Shown here: piece by piece, positions 1 through 13,301 of the stretch
Layout of the letters: each line of letters starts with the position of its first letter
Numbering within the stretch: position 1 is the stretch's first letter
Made by a program: the position numbers and the translations under genes
Source: Octopus vulgaris
Taxonomy: Eukaryota
Direction: 5' to 3'
NCBI GenBank assembly: GCA_951406725.2
Contig: OX597819.1
Span: 121,458,001 to 121,522,000 of the forward strand
DNA: 64,000 nt
Notes under the pieces: model-generated
The model's input: the letters and a program-made list of their open reading frames with translations, nothing else
What the model was told of the DNA's origin: nothing
Database searches by the model: none

Positions 1-138
1 TTGATCTGGTATATATTGTGTCAGTCACTGATAAGCGAACCGCTAGAGTGATGGGGAAGTAAATAAACCGACGCAAACATCAAGAGGGGACGTCCTGAGT
101 TCTTCACAGTTTCCGACTTCCAAATCTATTAACAAGAC

Positions 139-174
<36 letters not shown>

Positions 175-342
175 GCGTGTGTGTGTTTATATATATATAC
201 TCTCACTCAAGGTGGTACCCAGTAGTACTCAATCCGAAAGCACGTGGTTGCGAGGCGAGTACTTCAGCCGAAGCATCTATCTGCACAGACACAAACACAG
301 AATATAATATAATATATATATATATATGACAATATGGAAGGT

Positions 343-404
<62 letters not shown>

Positions 405-511
405 TCATCCTTATATAAATATATATGGATAGATACATACATACGTGCATACATACATATAAAATCATATATGCATATATATGTACACACACACATATTT
501 AAATAAATATA

Positions 512-585
<74 letters not shown>

Positions 586-586
586 G

Positions 587-667
<81 letters not shown>

Positions 668-807
668 TACACATACACACACACATCACTCAAAAAAAAT
701 ATTCAACACCAGTTAAATATATAAATAAAAATCTCAATTGTGTCATCCTAATAACCTGTTTATAAGGACAACTGTTCCTCATCTCTCTCTCTCTCTCTCT
801 CTGTCTA

Positions 808-855
<48 letters not shown>

Positions 856-997
856 CATCTATCTATCTATAAAACGATCTATGTATGTATGTATCCATAT
901 ATCTACTTGTGTATATATATATATATATACACACACTCCACACATATGTATATATGTGTGTATATATATGTGTGTGTATGTATATGTATATATACAT

Positions 998-1037
<40 letters not shown>

Positions 1038-1167
1038 TTTATGTACCTTATAGATGTAATACGTAACTATATGCTTATAGATGTGTTAGTGCGCAGACAT
1101 AAATGCATAGATGTATGTATGATTGTGTGTCTCTTTAAGAATGTATACATGCGTGTGAGTGAATATA

Positions 1168-1247
<80 letters not shown>

Positions 1248-1400
1248 TGATGCCTGTAGTTATTATCAGTGAATTTGGCGATTTAAATAAGAGTTTTGAC
1301 TGTTATTTCCAGCAGGTGGGACGTACTTAGTATGTCCTCTGATTTATATAAATATATATATATATGTAAATGTAATATGTGACAATTATTGGGTAGCCAT

Positions 1401-1461
1401 GATAAAACTCCGAGTTTCGGATGCCGAGATGGAAATCCACGCCGCCATCCCTTCAATTATC
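1401..1461 (-). ncRNA. Degenerate type I hammerhead-ribozyme motif in a short repeat flanked by (TA)n
   Basis: Minus strand: GATAA-[TTGAAGG]-GATG...CATC-C-[GAAA]-CT-CGG-AGT-T-TTATC. Stem I GATAA/TTATC, stem III ACT/AGT, triplet GUU. Core differs from CUGANGA at two positions. Confidence 0.5.
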
Positions 1462-1473
1462 CGGCCATGTATG

Positions 1474-1532
<59 letters not shown>

Positions 1533-1786
1533 ATATATCTATCTGGTTAGTGTGTCTATTATGGCATTTCAGTAAGGCTTTGAAATGCATGCCACTGGCC
1601 ATATTCTCTGCAAGCCTTAAGGCTTCTCACTATGTTTATCCTGCCAAGAGAAGTGGTTACCTCTGTGAGGTTGGGAACGGTTTTGCAGTGGAAGTGAGTA
1701 ACCAGGTGAGAAGCACCGTAGGCGTTTATGCTTCTATCCTTAGGATGCTGCTGCCGGAAACTAAGACATTATCTCTACCCGAGCAC

Positions 1787-1853
<67 letters not shown>

Positions 1854-1929
1854 TATATACACACATATATATGCATATGCATACATATATATGTGTGTGT
1901 ATGTGCATTTATGTATATATGTATGTATG

Positions 1930-2007
<78 letters not shown>

Positions 2008-2018
2008 TATATATATAT

Positions 2019-2139
<121 letters not shown>

Positions 2140-2434
2140 AGGCTAGTATGTGCGAGTGTGTGTTTTAATGCTGGGGCATACAAACATGCATGCGGCCATA
2201 CTGGGGCACAGCCTTTAAACAGTTGTAACACCGGGAATGGAACTCCTATCGGGTTTAGCCTATAGAACCGTGCTAATTAGTACACCACAGCGTTATTAAA
2301 ACTCTACCCACCTACCTACCTACGTACCTACCTGGCCATTTACCTATATATACATCCATCCATCCATCCATCCATCCATCCATCCATCCATCCATCCATC
2401 CATCCATCCATACATCCATCCATCCATCCATCCA

Positions 2435-2467
<33 letters not shown>

Positions 2468-2520
2468 GGCCAGTGGCATGCATTTCAAAGCTTTTGTGAA
2501 ATGCCATAATAGACACGCTA

Positions 2521-2582
<62 letters not shown>

Positions 2583-2780
2583 ATACGCAATTACGTACGT
2601 CCATACACAGGTGCTCCCAAAACACACAACCAGACCACCATAAACAATAATTATTCTGAGAAGAAAGTTAATAACAAGAGAATCGAATAGGAACAAAAAA
2701 AAAAATAGAGCTACTGTGGTATTCTCAGTGAAGAGGGTGTCAAGTTCCAGTTTATACGAGTGTGTGTGTGTGTATGTATG

Positions 2781-2818
<38 letters not shown>

Positions 2819-2928
2819 GTGTATTTGATATGTATATATGCATATATGTGTTTATGTATATATCTATATATATATATATATATATATATATGTAAATATA
2901 TGTATGCGCTTATATATACATATGCATA

Positions 2929-2976
<48 letters not shown>

Positions 2977-2977
2977 A

Positions 2978-3528
2978 GAGGGGCTGTGTGGTAAGAAGCT
3001 TGCTTCCCAACCACATGGTTCTGGGTTCAGTCCTACAGCGTGGCACCTTCGGCAAGTGTCTTCTACTACACCCAACTAAAGCCTTGTGAGTGAATTTGGT
3101 AGTCGGAAACTGTAAGAAGCCCGTCGTTTTTTCATTTTTTCATTTTTTTTCATTTTTTTGATATTTTCATTTTTTTATTTTCATTATTTTAATTTTTTTA
3201 TCTTCATTTTTTTATTTTTTATTCTTTTATTTTTTTTTATTTTCTACCCTTTACTTTTTGTACCTTTTACACTTTCACAATACATTTCTAGAATTTGTGA
3301 CCCTATACTTGACGTCCTTTATATCTTTATATACTTAGATTTTTACACCTTTACTTTTTATTATATTTTATATTTTATCATCCTTTATAATTATATATAT
3401 ATATATATATATATTTTCTTTTTTGTGATCCCTAACTTCATTAGCATTTTCATCCCCTTCCTCTCCTTTCCTCTTTTTCTCTTTCTCTCAACATCCAATT
3501 CATTCCCTTACATGAAGGAATCTACCCA

Positions 3529-3570
<42 letters not shown>

Positions 3571-3770
3571 GTATATATATATCTTTATGTATTTGTGTGT
3601 CTGTGTTTTTTTACGTCTCCTGTAACAAAGCAGTTCAGCAAAAGAGACCCGATAGAATAAGTACTAGGCTTACAAAGAATAAGTCCTGGGGTCGATTTGT
3701 TGAACTACAAGCGGTGCTCCAGCATGGCATGGCCGCAGTAAAATAATTGAAAGAAGTAATGCAGAATAAG
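2978..3770 (+). mobile_element. SINE family A (tRNA head, CORE-like ACCTTGGGCAAGT, internal microsatellite), interrupted by a T-rich block
   Basis: Head GGCTGTGTGGTAAG...GGTTCAGTCC...GAAGCCCGTCG 2978-3127; tail GATAGAATAAGTACTAGGCTTAC...GGTGCTCCAGCATGGC about 3600-3770. Confidence 0.85.
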
Positions 3771-3915
3771 TCTATAAGTATACATATATATAGAATAAGT
3801 ATATGTATATGCTTATATGTATATAATACGACGTGTATTTATGTATGTATGCATGGATATATATATATATATGTGTGTGTGTACGTATATATATATGTAT
3901 ATAATGTATATATAT

Positions 3916-3958
<43 letters not shown>

Positions 3959-4024
3959 TACATATATATATATACACACACACACACACATATATATATA
4001 TACATATATGTGTGTGTCTGTGTG

Positions 4025-4074
<50 letters not shown>

Positions 4075-4179
4075 TGCATATATATATATATATACACACA
4101 CATACACACATATATATATATACATATATGTGTGTGTCTGTGTGTATGTATATATATATGTATGTATATATATATGTAT

Positions 4180-4213
<34 letters not shown>

Positions 4214-4309
4214 GTGTATATATATGTGTGTGTATATATATATATATAAAATATATATATACATATATTGAAGTATATTTATGTACGTATGTATATAGGT
4301 GTAGGTTTG

Positions 4310-4610
4310 TTTGAGCGGCAAGAAGTTTGCTAACCATTGTAATCCTGGGTTCAGTCCACTTGCACACCACCTTGGGCAAGTGTCTTCTACTATAGCCTGG
4401 AGTGGAGTTGGTAGACGGAAATGGAAAGAAGACTGACGCGCGCGCGCGTGTGTATGTGCGCACCTGTCTTTGTGTGTCTATGTGTTTTTGTTTGTGCCCC
4501 TGCTCAGCTCTGACAACTATTTAACAGTTCGGCGAAGTGCCTTGTTTAAAAAAAAAACAAAAATTCTTCCTGGTGAAACTCCAGCATGGCCGCTGGGGCA
4601 CCGCCTAGTA
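4310..4610 (+). mobile_element. SINE family A, degenerate
   Basis: GGGTTCAGTCC...CACCTTGGGCAAGTGTCTTCTACTATAGCC...CTCCAGCATGGCCGC. Confidence 0.75.
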
Positions 4611-4829
4611 AAAGATAAATGATATATGTATTTATATATATAGATGCAGATTTATAGATACGCTTGTGTTGCGCGCGCGCGTATGTGTACAATGCTATCT
4701 TCTACTCAAAGATTATCAGAAATTATATACGATCGCATATAAACATATTGATATGCATAAATTTATATAAAAGACGAATTCTTCAGCGCGAACTCAAACA
4801 CACAAACACACAAATAAACACATACATGC

Positions 4830-4914
<85 letters not shown>

Positions 4915-4934
4915 ATATATATTCTCTTCTGTTC

Positions 4935-5135
4935 AAGGTACAAGGCCCGAAATTTTGGAGGAAGGGTCCAGTTGATAAGATCGACACCAGTACACAACTG
5001 GTACTTAATTTATCGATTCCGAATGGATGAAAAGGCAAAGTCGACCTCGGCGGAATTTGAACTCAGAACGTAGCGGCAGACGAAATCCCGCTAAGCACTT
5101 CGCCCGGCGTGCTAACGTTTCTTCCAGCTCACCGC
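4935..5135 (-). mobile_element. SINE family B (tRNA head, Meta-domain-like GAGGTCGACTTTGCCTTTCATCCTTTCGGGGTCG)
   Basis: GGCAAAGTCGACCTCGGCGGAATTTGAACTCAGAACG...GCTAACGTTTC; B-box GAGTTCAAATTCC on the minus strand. Confidence 0.85.
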
Positions 5136-5169
<34 letters not shown>

Positions 5170-5256
5170 TATATACATACATGCATACATACATATATAC
5201 ATACATGCATACATACATATATACATACATGCATATATATATATATATATATATAT

Positions 5257-5310
5257 AGCAAAAACTGTCTGATGAACGGCAACGAGAAACTCAGAGTAAC
5301 AGATTTTGTT
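5257..5310 (+). ncRNA. Type I hammerhead ribozyme (Penelope/retrozyme-like)
   Basis: Stem I CTGT(5265-68)/ACAG(5299-302), extended by AGCAAAA/TTTTGTT; CTGATGA 5269-75; stem II (A)CG-GCAA-CG(A); GAAA 5286-89; stem III ACT-CAG-AGT; triplet GUA (5296-98); AATAAA about 30 nt downstream; (TA)n on both sides. Confidence 0.75.
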
Positions 5311-5363
5311 GATTTTTCTGCTGCTTTAAATAAAGTATATATATATATATATACACATATACA

Positions 5364-5423
<60 letters not shown>

Positions 5424-6201
5424 TACATCTCTCTCTCTCTCCATATATATATATATATATATACATACATACATCTCTCTCTATATATATATATATATTG
5501 TTGTGACGAATTAATGGAAACTTAAGTAACTCCTGAGTATATGTATTTATATATATACATGCAACATTGCATCTCACTCTCTCTTTCTCTCTCTCTTTCT
5601 CTCCACCTTCTTTCTTCCAAACTCCTCTCACTCTCCCTCCTTCACTGTGCTTGTAGCTACAACTGCTTCTGCTGCCCCTGCTGCTGTTGTTACTGCTGCT
5701 GCTGCTGCTGCTGCTGTTGCCGCTGGTTATGATGGTGTTGGTGATAGTAATGATAATAGGAGTGGGAGTGGGAGTGGGAGCGAGTGAGGCGTGGAGGGGG
5801 CGGCGGCGGAGGTGGAGGAGAGCTAGAAAGTGACAGAGCTGAGAGGAATCTCTCCTAAACGAGATAAGATAAAAAAAAAAAAAAAAGAAGATAACGACAG
5901 GAAGAGACGGAGGAGAAACCTGCGAGCGAAGAAGCAGTGGGAGGAAGGGGAGGAGAGAGAAACGAGAGAAAGAAAAAGCATATTTACACAGCGGTGTTTG
6001 TACGGAGGTGAAGTAGGAGGAGGAGGAGGAGGTCCACCCCTCATCCCGTCACGTTTCCCTCTCTTCCTGCGCCTCTCGCCCTCCTTCACACGCCATCGGG
6101 CTTCGTCGTAAGAAAAAGAAAAGGGAAAAAAGGCCTTCAATCTTAATCGCTTTTCTTTCCGTGGAAAACACGGCATCAAAACTCTTCGGGAATTATCTTA
6201 C

Positions 6202-6473
6202 CTGCTCACGTTTTTCTTCCTTTTCTTTTCATTATTTTTCTTTCTATTTTTTGTGTTTTTTTTTTGGTTTGGTTTTTGTGTTTTTGTGTTTGATTTTCAT
6301 TTATCATCATTACTATTTTGCGTTTGTTTTTTTGTTTGTGTGTTTTACTTTTCTTTACCACGCTTCAATTAATCGACAAAAGTTCGAAGCGAACATCAGT
6401 CACATCGATGTCATGCTTGATGGAGCGCCTGAATAGGTCACAGGCGTTATAACCGCCGTCTCGGACTAATTAA
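6202..6473 (-). ncRNA. Candidate internal non-coding exon of an antisense/divergent transcript
   Basis: On the minus strand a ~90-nt polypyrimidine tract (6570-6476) ends in TTTAG at 6474; the segment ends with CAG|GTAAGA at 6202/6201. No convincing ORF. Confidence 0.4.
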
Positions 6474-6503
6474 CTAAAGAAAACGAAAAAACAAAAAAAC
6501 AAA

Positions 6504-6534
<31 letters not shown>

Positions 6535-7743
6535 TTAAGGAACAAGAAAGAAAAGAAAAGAAAAGAAAAAGAAATACTGCGAGTTATGATGATCACAATT
6601 TCATCGCAGTTACTCAATATACTTTTCCACAGAAGCTGAGATTATACATACATACATACATACATACATACATACATACATACATACATACATACATACA
6701 TACATACATACATACATACATACAATATACGCAAACACACACACACACTCATTATATACACATGTATAGTAAAAACAATCAACCTTGCAAGATTTTGTGC
6801 GAATGCGAGGTATCAATCGTATTAAGCATCAACTTGAACCTGCAGAGTTTATTTTCCAAGGAATGCGAATCGAAAAAAACCATTCTTCATTGAAGTGGCA
6901 ATGCTTATTAATAATAATAATGATAATAATAATATGAATGATTCTAATTATAAGAATTATAATAGTAATAAATAACATTATAATTATTTATTATTATCAA
7001 CAGAAACAAGATTAACGGTGATATTTTATATATATTATGAAAAAAAGCGCAAGGAAAGATAACAATCAAAAAACCCCAAAAAAATACTAAAAAAATTGCT
7101 GAAATTATTGAAAAAATATGAAGAATTATGAAGAAAAATTGAAGGGGAAAAGTAGATACGAGAGTGAAAGAAAGAGCGAGAGAGTGTGAAGGAGTGAGGG
7201 AGAAATAAAGAGAGAGTATGATAGTGATAAGGTAAGAGAGAGAGGAGGAAGTAGGGAAATATAGAATAATTAAAAGAGAGATAAGGAGAGGGTGATGAAT
7301 AGCGAGTGAGGGATTGAGATAGGAAGGGGAGGAGAGTGAAAAAGGTCGAAGGCGAAAGGTCAGCGGGGAGAAAGTTCAAGTCAATTGAGAGAGAAAAGAA
7401 GAGTTTAAAACGGAAGAGAGAAGGAGAAAGAGAAGAAGGAAATAGAGATTTAAGTAAGAGAAGGAGAAAGAGAAGAAATGAATTGTATTTTTCGACGAGG
7501 GTGAAAGAGAGGAGAAATAACGTGAGAGGAAAAGAGAAAGACAAAGAGAAGAAATAGAGAGAGTAAGAGAAAGAAAGGGTGTGTAAGAAATAGATTAAGA
7601 GCAAGACGGGGGGAAAAGAGCGAGAGCGAGAGCGAGTGAGTGAGAATATATATAGAGAGAAAAATAGACGAACGTGAGTGATAGGAAGAGATAGCGAAAG
7701 TAGATAGAGATTGAGAGTGAGGAGGAGGAGGAGGCAGGCAGGC

Positions 7744-7782
7744 AGGGCAAAGGTCATGGCGCATGACTATAGTGTGTTAGTT
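7744..7782 (+). promoter_or_regulatory. Candidate core promoter: nuclear-receptor DR1 element and Inr-like TTAGTT
   Basis: AGGGCA-A-AGGTCA at 7744-7756 (HNF4/RXR/COUP-TF-type DR1) and TTAGTT at 7777-7782, about 55-90 nt upstream of the ATG, after a long GA-rich tract (about 7140-7740). Confidence 0.5.
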
Positions 7783-7836
7783 AAGAACCGGGGAGTTTAA
7801 GTGTTTGATGCTGGATGTCAGCAGTGGAGTTTTAAC

Positions 7837-7876
7837 ATGTCTCGACGCAAACAATCCCACCCGAAGCCGATAAAAC
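7837..7876 (+). CDS. ush: First coding exon of a FOG/ZFPM (U-shaped)-like zinc-finger co-repressor; encodes MSRRKQSHPKPIK plus 1 nt (phase 1)
   Basis: ATG TCT CGA CGC AAA CAA TCC CAC CCG AAG CCG ATA AAA C, then donor GTGAGT (7877-7882). Context aacATG; in-frame upstream stop TAA at 7798-7800. MSRRKQxxP is the NuRD-binding N-terminal motif of FOG1/2, SALL, BCL11 and ZNF423/521; S7 and the P..IK ending best match FOG (MSRRKQSNPRQIKR). Family assignment is less certain than the exon. Confidence 0.8.
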
Positions 7877-8067
7877 GTGAGTTCAATATCTTTATCTTCT
7901 TCATTATCGATTGATTTTTATTGGCTTTACTTATGTATTGATTATTGATTGCATCGAATTCCATTTTTGACGAATTGTAGATGCTGTTGTTGATGTTGTT
8001 GATGATGATGATGATGCTAGTGCTTGTAATGATGATGGTGGTGGTAAATGCTGGCGTGTGTGATTAT

Positions 8068-8385
8068 ATGTGTGTGTTTATTCAATGAGTCTATGCGTAT
8101 TAGTGTGTGTATATATATATCTATGTGTGTGTCTATGTGTGTGTCTATGTGCGTGTGTATATGTGTGTGTATGAGTGACAATCTTGTTTAGTTCATGTTT
8201 ATATATCTATCTGTGTGTGTGTGTGTTTATTCAATGAGTCTATGTGTATTAGTGTGTATATATATATATCTATGTGTGTGTCTATGTGTGTGTGTATTTG
8301 TGTGTGTATATGTGTGTGTATGAGTGACAATCTTGTTTAGTTTATGTTTATATATCTATCCGTGTGTGTGTGTGTGTGTGTGTTT
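8068..8385. repeat. Tandem duplication of about 145 bp
   Basis: TTTATTCAATGAGTCTATG...ATGAGTGACAATCTTGTTTAGTT occurs twice in succession. Confidence 0.9.
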
Positions 8386-8975
8386 CGGTTTGATCAACGA
8401 CACGGTGGTTGGAACATTGTTGTCTTACTCTCTCTATTCCTCCTTCATTTTTCTTCCTATCTTTCCCTTCTCTCTCTCTCTCTACCATTCCCCCTCACTC
8501 ATATCTCTCTATCTATCCCTTCTCCACCTTACTTTCTCATCCCACACTTTCATCTATTTCCATTCTGTCGTTCTCTCTCTCTCTTTCTCTCACACTCTCT
8601 CACTCACTTCTACACTTTCTCTTTTTTTATTATTACACACACAAGACATGCATATGCGTGTGTATATATATATTTATGTCTATGTGTGTATGTATGATGT
8701 GTGTGTGCGTATGTATATATACACACATAAATTTTGTAATATTTACCGATAAACGCAAACATTCGTATATGCTCGACTATATACGCATATCAATGTAAAT
8801 GCACGCAGTTTCTGTGAATGAGTGAGTGTAAGAAATAAATATACATCGATATGATACTGTACATACATACAAACATACATACATACATACATACATACAT
8901 ACATACATACAAACATTCATATATACATACATACGTACATACGTACGTACATTCGTACATACGTACATACATACA

Positions 8976-9009
<34 letters not shown>

Positions 9010-9084
9010 CATTCATATATACATACATACGTACATACGTACGTACATTCGTACATACATACATACATACATACATACATACAC

Positions 9085-9117
<33 letters not shown>

Positions 9118-9625
9118 CATTCATATATACATACATACGTACATACGTACGTACATTCGTACATACATACATACATACATACATACATACATACATACAT
9201 ACATACATACATACATACATACACACACATGCACCATATTATGCGTCTATTGTATTCATGTATGTCTATATTTCTTTGTTATGTATACAATTGTATATCG
9301 CTAATGGACGTAAGCATGGGTTCCGGGTTCGCACGGCATCTCAGCCAAGCACCTTTTAATAGAGTGATATATATTGGGCCTCTGGTTTATATCAGGACCC
9401 ACTAAGTAAAACTGGTCGAGCGGAAACTGTGTGAAATCTCTAGGATATACACTTTACCTGTTATTTAAAAAGGCCCAGCCTTGTCACAACACGTGTGCCA
9501 TACAACCGCGGCACATTGTGACATGTTGTCACACATCTACGTTGGTACTGAGTTTTACCTGTGAAATTGCATTAAGGGTACACGTGTCTGTGAAATACTC
9601 AATTTCACACACACACACACACAAT

Positions 9626-9656
<31 letters not shown>

Positions 9657-9759
9657 TAGTCATTCACACATGGTTTAGTTATTTAAAGAATAAACTGGAA
9701 TATTCACTCATCGTCGAAATCGACGGAGGATCCGTCAAATGCACACATGTGTTTGTGTG

Positions 9760-9794
<35 letters not shown>

Positions 9795-9867
9795 CACATG
9801 TATGTGCGTGTGTGTCACTGCTAAGTGTGTGTTTGTTTTCGTACGTGTGTGTATTTACATTGATGCC

Positions 9868-9898
<31 letters not shown>

Positions 9899-10531
9899 GA
9901 TATATGTGTGTGTGTGTGATGCTGGTAGATGTGTATGCGTGTGTTGTGTTTATGTTATCTGTGTGTGCGTATTTGTGTGTATGTGTGTATTTACATTGAT
10001 ATACGCAAGTTTGGCCTGTGTATATATGTATGTATAGACGTGGGTGTGCGCGTGCGTTTGTGCGCATGTGTATTTATATATGTGCGTATATGTGTATTTA
10101 TGTGTGTGTGTTATGTGTGTGAATCTAGTGTCATGTCTAACCTCTGGTGTTTTCTTTTTCCTTCGTGGTGGTTGTTCCCTTCTTGTCTATCAGAACGATT
10201 TCAGCAGCGATTGATGACACACACACACACACACACACAGTACATACACACACACACATACAAACACACACACACACACACACACACACAGTACACACGC
10301 ACATGCACACATTCACATCCGGGCTAAGACATATACACATGTATACACACACACACACATATATATATATATGCAGACACATACAGATACGATTACAGAT
10401 GTTAGCTGCAGATAAGGAAACATTCGAACAGGCGAGCACAGACATATGGAGACGGACACACACACACACACACGTGTTTTGTTCGTGTATGTGCGTGTGT
10501 GTATGTTTACATGTGTGTGTCTGTGTGTGTT

Positions 10532-10566
<35 letters not shown>

Positions 10567-11196
10567 CTATGTGTGTGTGTGTGTGTCATTTTTATTTTGT
10601 TTTCATTATTCGATAAAAATAATTATCTTATCTTATCTCGAAACTGGTTGTTCGCCATATTTGTCATTAGAGAGAAAGAAAGAAAGAAAGAGAGAGAAGG
10701 AGAGAGAGAGGGAGAGAGAGAGAGAGGGAGAGGGAGAAAGAGACAGACAAACAGTGAAATAGAGACTGAGAGAGGGAGAAAGACAGATACAGAGATGAGG
10801 AAGAGAGAAACCTTGTTCTCTCTCCCCTCTTTATTTCTTTATTATTTTTCTTGTCTTAATCTCTCACTCCTTCCCCCCTCTCTCTCTCTCTTTCTCGATG
10901 TCACACACCATACACAAATAGCAGTCAAATATACTCAAATCACACCCTGTCATCTTCAAACAGGAAGGACACATTTGCATTTTCGCTAGATAGGCAAAAA
11001 GAAAGAAAAAACCAAAACGAAAGAGAGAGAGAGAAAGAGAAAGGCGGGGTAGTCATGGCTGACCGGCTTGAGCACTGTTGACCTGTGGCTAAAACCACTG
11101 CGACCCCCACCCCCAAACACACACACGCACACATTTTCTCTCTCTCTCTTTCTTTCCTCTCTCCTCTCTGTCATTTGTTATTGTTTCTCTTTCACT

Positions 11197-11239
<43 letters not shown>

Positions 11240-11788
11240 GCAAATACTTTCTCTCTCTCTCCAATGAAATACTATTCTTTCTCTTCTCTCTTCCATCTTC
11301 TCTCTCCATTTCTTCTTTCTTCCCTTCTTTATCTTTGTTTACCTCTCTCTCTCTCTCTCTCTCTCCCTCATACACTCACTATCTCTCTTTCCTATGAAAT
11401 ACTTGCCTTTCTATTATATATAAACATTTCTCCATTTCCACTTAGTCTCTCCTCGTTTCTCGTTTCTTACACGCACACACATACACACACACACGCATGC
11501 ACACATCTTCTTCATTTCAATCTCTTCTTATCCATCTTTTCTCTTACTATTTCTTTATTACAGTATGTCGTCTGTCTTTACTCTCGACTTCACACACACA
11601 CACACACACACGCACAACCATTGCATTAAATGTCTCTAAGCTGTCTTTCCTTTCATATCTCTGTTATCATTCATTATTTTTATCGCTCTTCGCTATCTCT
11701 CTCTCTCTCACACGCACACATTCTCTTCTTACTATCTTTCAGTTTAATCTCTTTTTCCCACCACTCGCCTTATTCTCTCTCTCCCTGT

Positions 11789-11819
<31 letters not shown>

Positions 11820-12444
11820 TCGTACTCCTCTTTACTCTTCATACTCTCTCTTTCTCTCTCACAGTTTCTATCTCTTTATCCTAATCTTTTCTTCCTCTCC
11901 TTTCTATGCTTCTTATCGTCTCTTCCACGTCGTAGCGTCTTATCTCATCTTTCTATCACTCCCACCACCTCGTACAGCTTACCTTCTCTCTCTCCCTCTC
12001 TACCTCTCTTCCCCTCACTTTCTTCCTATATCTATCACTATTTCTCTCTACTTCCACTTTCCCCTCGACATCTCTATATCTCTATTCCTATTCTCTTAGT
12101 CTATCCCTCTCTTGACACCCTCTCCCACTTTCTATTTCCCTTCATCTCCCTCTTTCTATCCCTCTCCTCCGCTTCTATTAAACAAGCAGACGATACTTTT
12201 CTCAAACTCCTGAAATTTTCTTAGATCCGCCATCAAAAACTCTACGAAATTCAAGAAAAATGAAGACAAACCAGGAAAACAAATCACTTTAATGGACTTG
12301 CATTCCTACTTTAATAAATACTTCCTCACGTCAACCACTTGTTAACTTCTTGATGTGCCATCTTGTAACGCGATCTTTTCTGTCAACTTGTGAAACGTGT
12401 CTCTCTATTTACATTTAACTACTTGAGATTATTTTTTGTGATAT

Positions 12445-12552
<108 letters not shown>

Positions 12553-12584
12553 TTATCTATCTGTCTATCTTTCTTTCTTTCTGC

Positions 12585-12646
<62 letters not shown>

Positions 12647-12824
12647 GTCTGTTTATCTATATATCTATCTTTCTGTCTGTCTGTCTATCCATCTATCTAT
12701 CTATATATCTATCTATCTATCTATATATCTATCTGTCTGTCTGTCTGTCAGTCTGTCTATATCTACACACACATACACACAATATATATATATCTGTCTG
12801 TCGTCTGTTTTACATGCCTAACAT

Positions 12825-12858
<34 letters not shown>

Positions 12859-13301
12859 TTTATGTGCTTAGTCATGCATTCAAGTTATTCAAATTCTTTT
12901 ACTCTGGCATTTATAACGTTTCTTTCTCACCCACTTTTTCTTACTGAATTAGTTTTCCCAGGATTTATTAAATCTCGTTTTTTTTTTAAATGCATGAATG
13001 TCACAACATCATGTTTATCGTCGTGTCTACCTCTAGGTCTCATAACTCTTATGTAAAAGAAACAAAACAAAAAGAGAAACCAAAATAAAATTAAAAAAAA
13101 AACAACAACGGGAGAAAAAGACCATATATTTAAATGAAGGACGAGCAAGCATCAAAGTGTGTGTAGATATATATGCGTTGTGGTTGCGGCCACAAGACGG
13201 TTTCTAATTTCACTCGGAGCTATCTTGGTGTGCACACCTTTAACTTATAAATACTTCTTCATTAAATATGTCAGCCACTGCATCTAGATAATTAAATAAA
13301 T

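Noticed and set aside
7035-7757. 240-aa hydrophobic ORF on the minus strand
   Set aside because: Reverse reading of the GA-rich tract upstream of the real exon.
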